Source: Aureitalea sp. L0-47 (GTDB lineage Bacteria; Bacteroidota; Bacteroidia; Flavobacteriales; Flavobacteriaceae). Taken from it: a stretch of 64,000 bases of DNA. The translations under genes were made by a program, and so were the position numbers. The stretch is taken from positions 194,610 through 258,609 of the forward strand of contig NZ_JAFMTQ010000001.1 of the NCBI RefSeq assembly GCF_026126405.1. Direction: 5' to 3'. The notes under the pieces are model-generated. The model had not been told where the DNA came from, made no database searches, and was given only the letters and a program-made list of their open reading frames with translations. Of this stretch, positions 8,706 through 17,326 are shown piece by piece. Numbering within the stretch: the first letter of the stretch is position 1; every line of letters begins with the position of its first letter.

Positions 8706-9677
8706 CTAGTTAACTTCCTTCTTTCGATTATAGACGGGTAATAGGAACAAGGACAATAGCCCAAAGAAAACTATGGAAATAATATTCGATGTCCATACGA
8801 TCACCCCAAAGGCAAGTCCGGCCGATTTCGCTATTCCAAAGATCAGCAGAATACCCATAATGGCTGCAGGATAGGTTCCAAATCCGCTATTGGTAAACGC
8901 AAAGGTGAAACTACCCACAACAAAGGTTATTATGATAATACCTGCGGAGAAGTTGGAAGTTTCATCCAGTGCTTTTGTGGCAACATAAAAGGATGCTACA
9001 TATAATGCCCAAATGACAAAGCTTAGCAAAATGAAAAGTCCTTTTTTCTTCATCTTGACAATACTGAAAAGCCCTTCTTGAAGTCCGCCCAGAAAAACTT
9101 TAATCTTTTTAGCGAATGCGCCTTTTGATCGTTTTACAAAAACCAGGAAAACAGTGGTCAGTATTGCCAATGCAACTAAAGCAATGATCATTTTCTTTAT
9201 TGGAATGGTTGCGTTTATATAATCGTATAAAGCATCGAATTGCATCAACAATGCGGTCAGTGTGAACAGCCCTAGAAAGAACAGGTCCACGACCCGTTCC
9301 GATATGATAGTGCCAAACCCTTTATCGAAAGGAATACCTTCGTATTTGGAATGAATCACTGCCCGGGAAACTTCACCGCTTTTAGGGATGAATAGGTTCA
9401 TCAGATAGGCAACTGATACGGCCATGAAATTATTGGCCAGTTTGGGATGATATCCCATAGGCTCGAGCATCAGGTTCCAGCGATACGCCCTCATGAGATG
9501 ACTGAGAACACTAAGCCCCACCGAAAATGCCACGATCCAGTAATCTGCTTCCTTGAAATGAGTATATGTTTGCTCGAGCTGTTCGGGTGTGAACAAGTTG
9601 TAAATATACCATAGCAGGAATCCTCCCAATGCCAGCGGGATGGCAACTTGCAGGAATCTGGAAAGGGATTTATTCAA
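8706..9677 (-). CDS. UPF0104 / lysylphosphatidylglycerol-synthase-TM-like integral membrane protein
   Basis: About 8 predicted TM helices. The N-terminal motif is typical of the flippase-like domain family. Confidence 0.55.
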   Translation of the reverse strand: MNKSLSRFLQVAIPLALGGFLLWYIYNLFTPEQLEQTYTHFKEADYWIVAFSVGLSVLSHLMRAYRWNLMLEPMGYHPKLANNFMAVSVAYLMNLFIPKSGEVSRAVIHSKYEGIPFDKGFGTIISERVVDLFFLGLFTLTALLMQFDALYDYINATIPIKKMIIALVALAILTTVFLVFVKRSKGAFAKKIKVFLGGLQEGLFSIVKMKKKGLFILLSFVIWALYVASFYVATKALDETSNFSAGIIIITFVVGSFTFAFTNSGFGTYPAAIMGILLIFGIAKSAGLAFGVIVWTSNIISIVFFGLLSLFLLPVYNRKKEVN

Positions 9678-9678
9678 T

Positions 9679-10029
9679 TTATACTAGTAAGTTGTTCTCC
9701 TCATTTGGGAACACAAGTGCGGGCTTGAAGGCTTTAGCTTCCTCAACGCTCATGATGGCGTAAGTGATCAAGATCAGAACGTCGCCCGGGGCTACTTTCC
9801 TTGCAGCCGCTCCATTAAGTGTGATTTCTCCACTTCCGCGTTTACCGGGGATGGCGTAGGTTTCAAGTCGTTCACCATTGTTGTTGTTAACGATCTGAAT
9901 TTTTTCTCCTTCCACAATATTAGCAGCGTCCATTAGATCTTCGTCTATTGTAATACTGCCGATGTAATTAAGATCGGCACCAGTAACCTTAACTCTGTGG
10001 ATTTTGGATTTAACTACATGTATTTGCAT
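9679..10029 (-). CDS. panD: Aspartate 1-decarboxylase
   Basis: [23 protein letters not shown]...GSG...NGAAA are the hallmark PanD motifs, including the pyruvoyl-forming G-S site. Confidence 0.9.
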   Translation of the reverse strand: MQIHVVKSKIHRVKVTGADLNYIGSITIDEDLMDAANIVEGEKIQIVNNNNGERLETYAIPGKRGSGEITLNGAAARKVAPGDVLILITYAIMSVEEAKAFKPALVFPNEENNLLV

Positions 10030-10109
10030 GGCGCAAAGATACTAATTATGATTATGAAACAATAACAGGTGAAAACTGATTTCCAAAGCTCACCTCAGAT
10101 TCCCGTTGC

Positions 10110-10958
10110 TCAGTACAATGCCACATTGTCTATCAGACGAATACTCCCGCTATGCACGGCTATAAAACCCCTGTAGCGATTATGCTTTCGTTTCCGTACT
10201 GCCGGAACCAGTGTTTTCTCGTTGGCGATCTCGAAATACTCCAGTTTCAGTAATTCGTGATGCAAAAACCGTTCCTCAACGAATTTTTTCAAATTACTGA
10301 TGGATTCAGAAGAAAAACGAGTTCTCACTTCCATCAGGACTTTATATATGAACGCTGCTTCCTCAAATTCCTTCTTGCTTAGTCGCCTGTTCCTTGAACT
10401 CATGGCAAGGCCATTCGCTTCTCTTACAATCGGACAGCCGATAATTTCAACGGAGATATGGTGTTTTTCCACCAGTTTCTTTACGATTTGTAACTGCTGA
10501 AAGTCTTTCTCTCCAAAATATGCTCTATCCGGTTCCACAATATCGAATAGTAAGGTGAGGATGGTGCCTACACCGTCGAAATGCCCCTTCCTATGCGCCC
10601 CTTCCATCTGGTGTTCCAGTCCGTCGTAGGTAAACCGCCTCGCTTTAATGGATTCTCCGTAAATACTTTGGGCATCGGGGATATAGAGTATCACTTCACC
10701 TTCCAGTGATTCGAGTAGCTCCTGGTCCTGTTTATGTATTCTGGGGTATTTATCAAGATCCTGTTGATTATCGAATTGAGTGGGATTCACAAAGATGCTA
10801 ACAACAACAAAGTCGTTTTCGCTTAACCCCATCTCCACCAGTGACATATGCCCCCGGTGCAGTGCTCCCATGGTCGGGACAAAACCTAACTGTTTCCCTT
10901 TTTTCTTTTCCCTTCTAACGAAAGATTGAAGAAGTTGCTTGTCTGTGTAAATGACCAT
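10110..10958 (-). CDS. panC: Pantoate--beta-alanine ligase
   Basis: GFVPTMGALHRGHMSLV HIGH-type motif. Length 282 aa. Confidence 0.9.
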   Translation of the reverse strand: MVIYTDKQLLQSFVRREKKKGKQLGFVPTMGALHRGHMSLVEMGLSENDFVVVSIFVNPTQFDNQQDLDKYPRIHKQDQELLESLEGEVILYIPDAQSIYGESIKARRFTYDGLEHQMEGAHRKGHFDGVGTILTLLFDIVEPDRAYFGEKDFQQLQIVKKLVEKHHISVEIIGCPIVREANGLAMSSRNRRLSKKEFEEAAFIYKVLMEVRTRFSSESISNLKKFVEERFLHHELLKLEYFEIANEKTLVPAVRKRKHNRYRGFIAVHSGSIRLIDNVALY

Positions 10959-11151
10959 AGAATATCTTTAGAGCCGGTAAAATTAAGATATTGGCCCCAA
11001 TCTGCATAAAATTTCGTAATTTTGCGTGTTTTTAAGAGCAACGCCAATAAAGCGGCATTTTTTTTGATTTTAGCGTATAAAAGACGCCTGTTTCCAGGAA
11101 ATCCCTGACGTAAACTAGGATTAATTAAAGGTGCCATAAACTATAGAATCA

Positions 11152-11964
11152 ATGATGAAAGATAAAAGAGTCTTGTATGTTTCTTCCGAAGTAGTACCGT
11201 ACTTGCCTGAGACCGAGATTTCTTCGATGTCGTTTGAAACACCTCGAATAGTGAATAACAACAGCGGGCAGATTCGCATCTTCATGCCGCGTTACGGGAA
11301 CATCAATGAGCGGAGACATCAGCTGCACGAAGTTATTCGACTCTCCGGGATGAATCTTACGATCAACGACCTTGACATGCCCCTGATTATTAAAGTTGCC
11401 TCTATTCCGAAGGAGAGAATGCAGGTATATTTTATCGACAATGAAGAGTATTTTAAAAGAAAAGCTACCTATGCCGATGAAGACGGAAATCTCTTTGAGG
11501 ACAATGATGAGCGAGCTATCTTTTTCGCAAAAGGGGTAATTGAGACGGTTAAAAAATTGAACTGGTCACCTGACATTATCCACGTTCACGGATGGTTGGC
11601 TTCTTTGCTTCCTCTGTACCTTCAGAAATATTACGAAAACGAACCTTTGTTCGAAAACAGTAAAATAGTTACTTCAGTATACAATCAAGGCTTCGAAGGA
11701 ACGTTACATGAGAACGTTAAGGATAAGATTATGTTCGATGGTATCTCCGAGGAATGTATCAATGGATTGGATAATCCAACCTACGTAAATATGATGAAGG
11801 TCGCCATAGACAATTCCGATGCAATTATCATTGGTTCCGAAGTGATACCAGAGGAATTATCGACCTATCTTAATGATCTCAAAAAGCCGGTGTTAAAGTA
11901 TCATAAAATTGAGGAGATCGAATCGGCATATATAGATTTTTACCAATCTAAGGTATTAGGATAA
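11152..11964 (+). CDS. Glycogen/starch synthase N-terminal (GT5) domain-only protein
   Basis: KRVLYVSSEVVPYLPET...IHVHGWLASLLPLY matches the GlgA N-terminal Rossmann domain. The protein stops at 270 aa and lacks the C-terminal GT1 domain. Confidence 0.6.
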   Translation: MMKDKRVLYVSSEVVPYLPETEISSMSFETPRIVNNNSGQIRIFMPRYGNINERRHQLHEVIRLSGMNLTINDLDMPLIIKVASIPKERMQVYFIDNEEYFKRKATYADEDGNLFEDNDERAIFFAKGVIETVKKLNWSPDIIHVHGWLASLLPLYLQKYYENEPLFENSKIVTSVYNQGFEGTLHENVKDKIMFDGISEECINGLDNPTYVNMMKVAIDNSDAIIIGSEVIPEELSTYLNDLKKPVLKYHKIEEIESAYIDFYQSKVLG

Positions 11965-11979
11965 CCGTAGCACAGCTTT

Positions 11980-13536
11980 ATGAAGATTAAGTATACCCTG
12001 CCTAAAGCCCTGGCAATCTTAGCGCTAATTATCGCCTTTGCATCTTGCGAGGAAGATTTCAATACGATTGGAGTTTCTATAATTGGGAACGAGACCTTCC
12101 AATCGGAATTTACCGATAGCCTATCAGTTGTTTCGTACAGCCGCAAATTACTTCCGGTTCAGACCAACGGTTTGCCGGTATACCAAATGGGTGTTTACAA
12201 CGATCCCATTTACGGAAAAAGAACGATAAACTTTCTATCACAACTTACCCTGAATAATACGGGCCCCAACTTTGAGATAGCACCAAGAGTTGATAGTGTA
12301 GTGTTGTATCTCCCTTATTTTTCTACTGAAATAACAGAAGGTGAAGAAGTGACCTATGAACTGGATTCTATCTACGGTGACGCTCCTATCAACATCAATA
12401 TCTATGAATCGAATTATTTCCTTCGGGAATTCGATCCAAATACCGGATTCGAAGATCCGCAGAATTACTATTCGAATCAAACGTCCATATTTGAATCGAA
12501 CCTTGGAGAACTCATTCACAGGATAGAGGATTTCAAACCAAGTGAAGACGCTATTGTTATAAACGATACAGTATCAATTAGACCTGGCCTAAGAACCAAA
12601 CTTCCCAAAGAATTCTTCCAGGAGAAGATCCTGACAAAGAGCGGGTCGATTGAACTAATAAACAATAACAACTTCAGGGATTATTTCCGAGGATTGTACT
12701 TCCAGGTAGAATCGACTAACGATGAAGGAAACCTTTTCATGATGGACCTGGAGGAAGCGAGTTTAACGGTTCACTTTTCCTTTCAAACAGAAGGAACGGA
12801 TGTGTTTGAAGCTCCCGGATCCGATACCATAGAGCGGTTTAACGGAGAAGTAGGAATGTCATTTAATGCTATCAGTGTTAATACCTACGAGGATGATCTT
12901 CCCGTTAATATTCGCCAGGATCTGTTCGAACAGAACCTTCAGGAAGGAGAAGAGCGTTTGTATGTTAGAGGTGGAGATGGGATTATATCTGTGATAGAGC
13001 TTTTCGGACCCGACCTGGATGACGATGGTGTTGCAGATGAACTGGAAGATCTTAGAAACGAAGGATGGATCATCAATGAAGCCAACCTCATTTTTTATGT
13101 GGATAAGAACCAGGTTACCGGGGGAGACCAGGAACCGGAACGCCTCATTATATACGACACAAAGAACAGTACTGTCCTGGCAGATTACGGACTGGATATC
13201 ACTTCCAACCTTGATCCAGTGGATGCGGTGAACGTTCACCTTGGAAGACTTCAAAGAGGTTCCGACGATAATGGTGAGTTCTACAAGATCAGGATCACTA
13301 ACCACGTGAGTAATGTTATCAACCGCGATTCGACCAATGTACCGTTAGGGTTAATTGTTTCCCAGAACGTGCTTGAGACAGGATTTCAGGATATTGAAAA
13401 TATCCAGGCTCCGGGAATAGAAGAGTTGCCGGCAAGTTCGATTGTTTCTCCTGAAGGAACGATTCTGCATGGTAACAGATCAGCTAACTCCGACAGAAGA
13501 CTGAAGCTCCAATTATTTTACACGGACCCTGAATAG
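11980..13536 (+). CDS. DUF4270-like lipoprotein
   Basis: Lipoprotein signal peptide ...AFASCEE. Bacteroidetes-conserved neighbour of the short glgA-like gene. Confidence 0.45.
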   Translation: MKIKYTLPKALAILALIIAFASCEEDFNTIGVSIIGNETFQSEFTDSLSVVSYSRKLLPVQTNGLPVYQMGVYNDPIYGKRTINFLSQLTLNNTGPNFEIAPRVDSVVLYLPYFSTEITEGEEVTYELDSIYGDAPININIYESNYFLREFDPNTGFEDPQNYYSNQTSIFESNLGELIHRIEDFKPSEDAIVINDTVSIRPGLRTKLPKEFFQEKILTKSGSIELINNNNFRDYFRGLYFQVESTNDEGNLFMMDLEEASLTVHFSFQTEGTDVFEAPGSDTIERFNGEVGMSFNAISVNTYEDDLPVNIRQDLFEQNLQEGEERLYVRGGDGIISVIELFGPDLDDDGVADELEDLRNEGWIINEANLIFYVDKNQVTGGDQEPERLIIYDTKNSTVLADYGLDITSNLDPVDAVNVHLGRLQRGSDDNGEFYKIRITNHVSNVINRDSTNVPLGLIVSQNVLETGFQDIENIQAPGIEELPASSIVSPEGTILHGNRSANSDRRLKLQLFYTDPE

Positions 13537-13545
13537 AAATTTTAT

Positions 13546-15393
13546 ATGTGTGGTATAGTAGGTTACATTGGTAAAAGAGAAGCGTATCCAATCATTATTA
13601 ATGGACTGAAACGACTCGAATATCGCGGTTATGACAGTGCCGGAATCGCTTTGTACGATGGGACCGAAATTCAACTTTCAAAAACCAAGGGTAAAGTTTC
13701 AGACCTCGAAGAGCGTATATCCAAAGAGATTACCACCCATGGTAGTTTAGGTATAGGTCATACTAGATGGGCAACTCACGGTGTGCCAAACGATATCAAT
13801 TCACATCCACACTATTCAAATAGTGGAGACCTGGTGATCATCCACAATGGAATTATCGAAAACTACGCATCCATCAAACAGGAGCTTATAAATCGTGGAT
13901 ACTCTTTCGAGTCCGATACCGATACTGAGGTCCTGGTCAACCTGATCGAAGAGATCAAGAAGAAAGAGAATGTAAAACTTGGAAAGGCTGTTCAAATAGC
14001 TTTGAACCAGGTCGTAGGAGCTTATGCGATCGCTTTGTTCGACAAGAACAAACCAGATGAGATAGTGGTTGCCAAATTAGGTAGTCCTCTGGCTATCGGG
14101 ATTGGTGATGATGAGTTTTTTGTGGCTAGTGATGCCTCACCATTTATCGAATTCACCAATAATGCCATATATCTTGAAGACGAGGAAATGGCCATAATTC
14201 GACTTGGAAGGGAAGTGCGGGTTCGAAAGATCAAGGACGATAAGTTGGTGGATCCTTATATCCAGGAATTACAATTGAACCTGGAACAGATCGAAAAGGG
14301 AGGATATGAGCATTTCATGCTTAAGGAGATCTATGAACAACCTACCGTAATAAAAGATACTTACAGGGGGAGATTACTTGCTAACAAAGGCATAGTTAAG
14401 CTAGGCGGACTTGAAGATCATATAGGTAAATTCAAAAATGCCAACAGGATCATTATTGTTGCCTGTGGTACTTCATGGCATGCCGGACTGGTGGCGGAAT
14501 ACATATTCGAAGACATGTGCCGAATCCCGGTTGAGGTGGAATACGCTTCCGAATTCAGATACAGAAACCCGGTGATCAGTGAGAAGGATGTGGTAATTGC
14601 TATTTCACAGAGCGGTGAAACCGCGGATACCCTGGCCGCCGTCAAACTTGCAAAGAAACGTGGTGCCTTTGTGTACGGCATCTGTAATGTTGTTGGATCT
14701 ACGATTTCCAGGGAGACAGACAGTGGTACTTATACCCATGCGGGCCCGGAGATCGGAGTGGCCAGCACCAAAGCCTTCACGACACAGATCACGGTTTTGA
14801 CAATGATCGCGTTGCGCATCGCCAAAGAGAAAGGAACCATATCCGAACGACACTTTATGTTGCATCTTCGGGAACTTGAAATGATCCCGGATCACGTTGC
14901 TGAGGCACTGAATAGCGATGAGAAGATTAAAGAGATAGCAGAGGTATTTATGGATGCTTCCAACTTCTTGTACCTCGGAAGGGGATACAATTTCCCGGTT
15001 GCACTGGAAGGAGCCTTAAAACTAAAAGAGATATCCTATATCCACGCTGAAGGTTATCCGGCTGCAGAAATGAAACACGGCCCTATCGCTCTTATCGACG
15101 AACAAATGCCTGTAGTTGTTATCGCCGTGAACAGTAATCACTACGAAAAAGTGGTGAGCAATATCGAAGAGATCAAAGCAAGGCAAGGTAAGATCATCGC
15201 TGTTGTTACGGAAGGTGATACCACGGTTAGAAACCTGGCCGACTTCATCATGGAAGTTCCTAAGACTCCCGAAACTCTGAGCCCACTGGTTACTACTATA
15301 CCGCTTCAGTTACTTGCATATCACATAGCTGTGATGTTAGGTAAGAACGTGGATCAGCCGAGAAACCTGGCGAAGTCGGTAACAGTAGAATAA
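13546..15393 (+). CDS. glmS: Glutamine--fructose-6-phosphate aminotransferase
   Basis: N-terminal MCGIVGYIG (Ntn Cys), SIS domains, C-terminal KSVTVE. Confidence 0.95.
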   Translation: MCGIVGYIGKREAYPIIINGLKRLEYRGYDSAGIALYDGTEIQLSKTKGKVSDLEERISKEITTHGSLGIGHTRWATHGVPNDINSHPHYSNSGDLVIIHNGIIENYASIKQELINRGYSFESDTDTEVLVNLIEEIKKKENVKLGKAVQIALNQVVGAYAIALFDKNKPDEIVVAKLGSPLAIGIGDDEFFVASDASPFIEFTNNAIYLEDEEMAIIRLGREVRVRKIKDDKLVDPYIQELQLNLEQIEKGGYEHFMLKEIYEQPTVIKDTYRGRLLANKGIVKLGGLEDHIGKFKNANRIIIVACGTSWHAGLVAEYIFEDMCRIPVEVEYASEFRYRNPVISEKDVVIAISQSGETADTLAAVKLAKKRGAFVYGICNVVGSTISRETDSGTYTHAGPEIGVASTKAFTTQITVLTMIALRIAKEKGTISERHFMLHLRELEMIPDHVAEALNSDEKIKEIAEVFMDASNFLYLGRGYNFPVALEGALKLKEISYIHAEGYPAAEMKHGPIALIDEQMPVVVIAVNSNHYEKVVSNIEEIKARQGKIIAVVTEGDTTVRNLADFIMEVPKTPETLSPLVTTIPLQLLAYHIAVMLGKNVDQPRNLAKSVTVE

Positions 15394-15536
15394 TCCTTTC
15401 TTTTTTTCTAATCTGTATCCTCAGTTTAGATTCTTACCACGTCTAATTAACGGGACAATCTTTAATGGTTTGTTGTAGTAACAGGTAAATGGTTCAATTT
15501 CTCTATTGAATCAATGAATTTTAATACTTTTAAATC

Positions 15537-16259
15537 ATGAAGGTCTTCAATCTTATTTCGGGCCCCAGGAATATTTCAACTGCCTTAATGTATGCATTTG
15601 CGCAACGCAGTGATTTTCATGTGCTGGACGAACCCTTCTATGGGTATTACCTGTCCAATGCTAAGTTGTCCATTGAGCATCCTTCTCATTCCGATATCGT
15701 GAATTCAATGGAGTGCGAAGAATTGGAAATCGTGAGGCAAATCGATGAGCTTGCCAATCAAAACCATGTATTTTTAAAAGGGATGGCTCATCATTTATTG
15801 AATGAGAATCCGGATTACCTTCTGAATTGGAAGAATTTTATTCTCATCAGGCATCCGAAAAAGCTTATAGGTTCGTTCGCAAAGGTTATTCCCAATCCCA
15901 CCCTGGCCGATATTGGCATCAAAAAAGCAGCTCAGTTGTTTTCATTTCTTAAGAGCAAAGGCAGACCACCCATGGTAATAGATAGTGATGAACTCATGAT
16001 AGATCCCGAACGTTACCTTCGGAAATTGTGCAATATGCTGGATGTACCATTCGAAAGAGGCATGCTGTCCTGGAAGGAAGGTGGAATTCCCGAAGATGGC
16101 CTATGGGCAAAACACTGGTATGCCAATGTGCATAAGACAACCGGATTCTCAAGACAACAGAGCAAACCAGTAACGGTTCCACCGCATCTGGGTCCGTTAC
16201 TGGCAGAGGCAATGCCTTTTTACGAGAGTTTTCAATCACACATTATTCAAAACAACTAA
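15537..16259 (+). CDS. Sulfotransferase-family-like protein (putative)
   Basis: P-loop-like ISGPRNISTAL, plus IRHPKKLIGSF resembling the 3'-PAPS-binding RxPxDxxxS motif. Confidence 0.35.
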   Translation: MKVFNLISGPRNISTALMYAFAQRSDFHVLDEPFYGYYLSNAKLSIEHPSHSDIVNSMECEELEIVRQIDELANQNHVFLKGMAHHLLNENPDYLLNWKNFILIRHPKKLIGSFAKVIPNPTLADIGIKKAAQLFSFLKSKGRPPMVIDSDELMIDPERYLRKLCNMLDVPFERGMLSWKEGGIPEDGLWAKHWYANVHKTTGFSRQQSKPVTVPPHLGPLLAEAMPFYESFQSHIIQNN

Positions 16260-16262
16260 AGA

Positions 16263-17159
16263 ATGTTACAAAAGTTTGATCCACGAAATAAAGACATCAA
16301 AGTGTTTATTAAAGATAAACTGTATCCCCGATCAGAAGCAAAAGTCTCTGTATTCGATAGTGTAGTTCAGGGAGGAGATGCCGTTTGGGAAGGATTGAGA
16401 GTGTATCCCGAAGGAATCGTTTGCCTGGACAAACACCTGACCCGTTTGCACGAATCGGCCAAAACATTGGCTTTTAATGACATTCCTTCAAAAGAATTCA
16501 TCAAAGATGCGATAAGGCAGACACTCGATGCGAATGAAATGAATGACAATACCCACATTCGACTCACTTTAACTCGCGGAGAAAAGATCACGAGTGGAAT
16601 GGATCCCAGGCTTAACCAAAGCGGAAGTTGTCTTATCGTACTGGCCGAATGGAAACCATTGGTTTATGATAACACAGGCGGGATCAAAGTGATAAGTAGC
16701 AGTCAGAGGAGAAACAGCCCTCAGTTCCTGGACAGCAAGATCCACCACAACAATTTACTCAATAATATCCTCGCAAAGATACAGGCGAATGTGGCCGGTA
16801 AGGACGCTGGACTCATGCTGGATGAAAGGGGTTTTGTAGCCGAATTGAACGGTAGCAATGTGTTTATGGTGAAAGGCAACTCAATCTATACCCCTCACGC
16901 CAATGCCTGCCTACCCGGAATAACAAGGGGAACTGTTATAGCACTTTGTAGCGAAGTGGGGATTGATATTCAGGAGGCAGATCTCTCTCTTTCCGAATTC
17001 ATAAATGCGGATGCCGTGTTTGCAACCGGCACTATGGGAGAACTCACGCCGGTGGTTGAGATAGATGGAAGGACAATTTCATCAGTGAACTCGCTAATGC
17101 ATAAAGTGATAGCTGTTTTTAACGATAATATTAGAAGATTATGTGAGAAAGTTGAGTGA
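16263..17159 (+). CDS. Class IV aminotransferase (branched-chain/D-amino-acid aminotransferase or ADC-lyase family)
   Basis: VWEGLRVY...LDKHLTRL, and ERGFVAELNGSNVF motifs typical of fold-type IV PLP enzymes. Confidence 0.7.
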   Translation: MLQKFDPRNKDIKVFIKDKLYPRSEAKVSVFDSVVQGGDAVWEGLRVYPEGIVCLDKHLTRLHESAKTLAFNDIPSKEFIKDAIRQTLDANEMNDNTHIRLTLTRGEKITSGMDPRLNQSGSCLIVLAEWKPLVYDNTGGIKVISSSQRRNSPQFLDSKIHHNNLLNNILAKIQANVAGKDAGLMLDERGFVAELNGSNVFMVKGNSIYTPHANACLPGITRGTVIALCSEVGIDIQEADLSLSEFINADAVFATGTMGELTPVVEIDGRTISSVNSLMHKVIAVFNDNIRRLCEKVE

Positions 17160-17326
17160 TCCTTAAGTTCATGGATTTGAATATCTTATGCATGAATAGC
17201 AGTTTCACATATTCTTATTTATCATTGATTAAATTCTCAAAACCTCAAAAAATCCCCATCTTTACTCAGAACATGCTAAATTTATCTATATATTTAGCCG
17301 AATTTACTAATTAACAATTTATTAAT

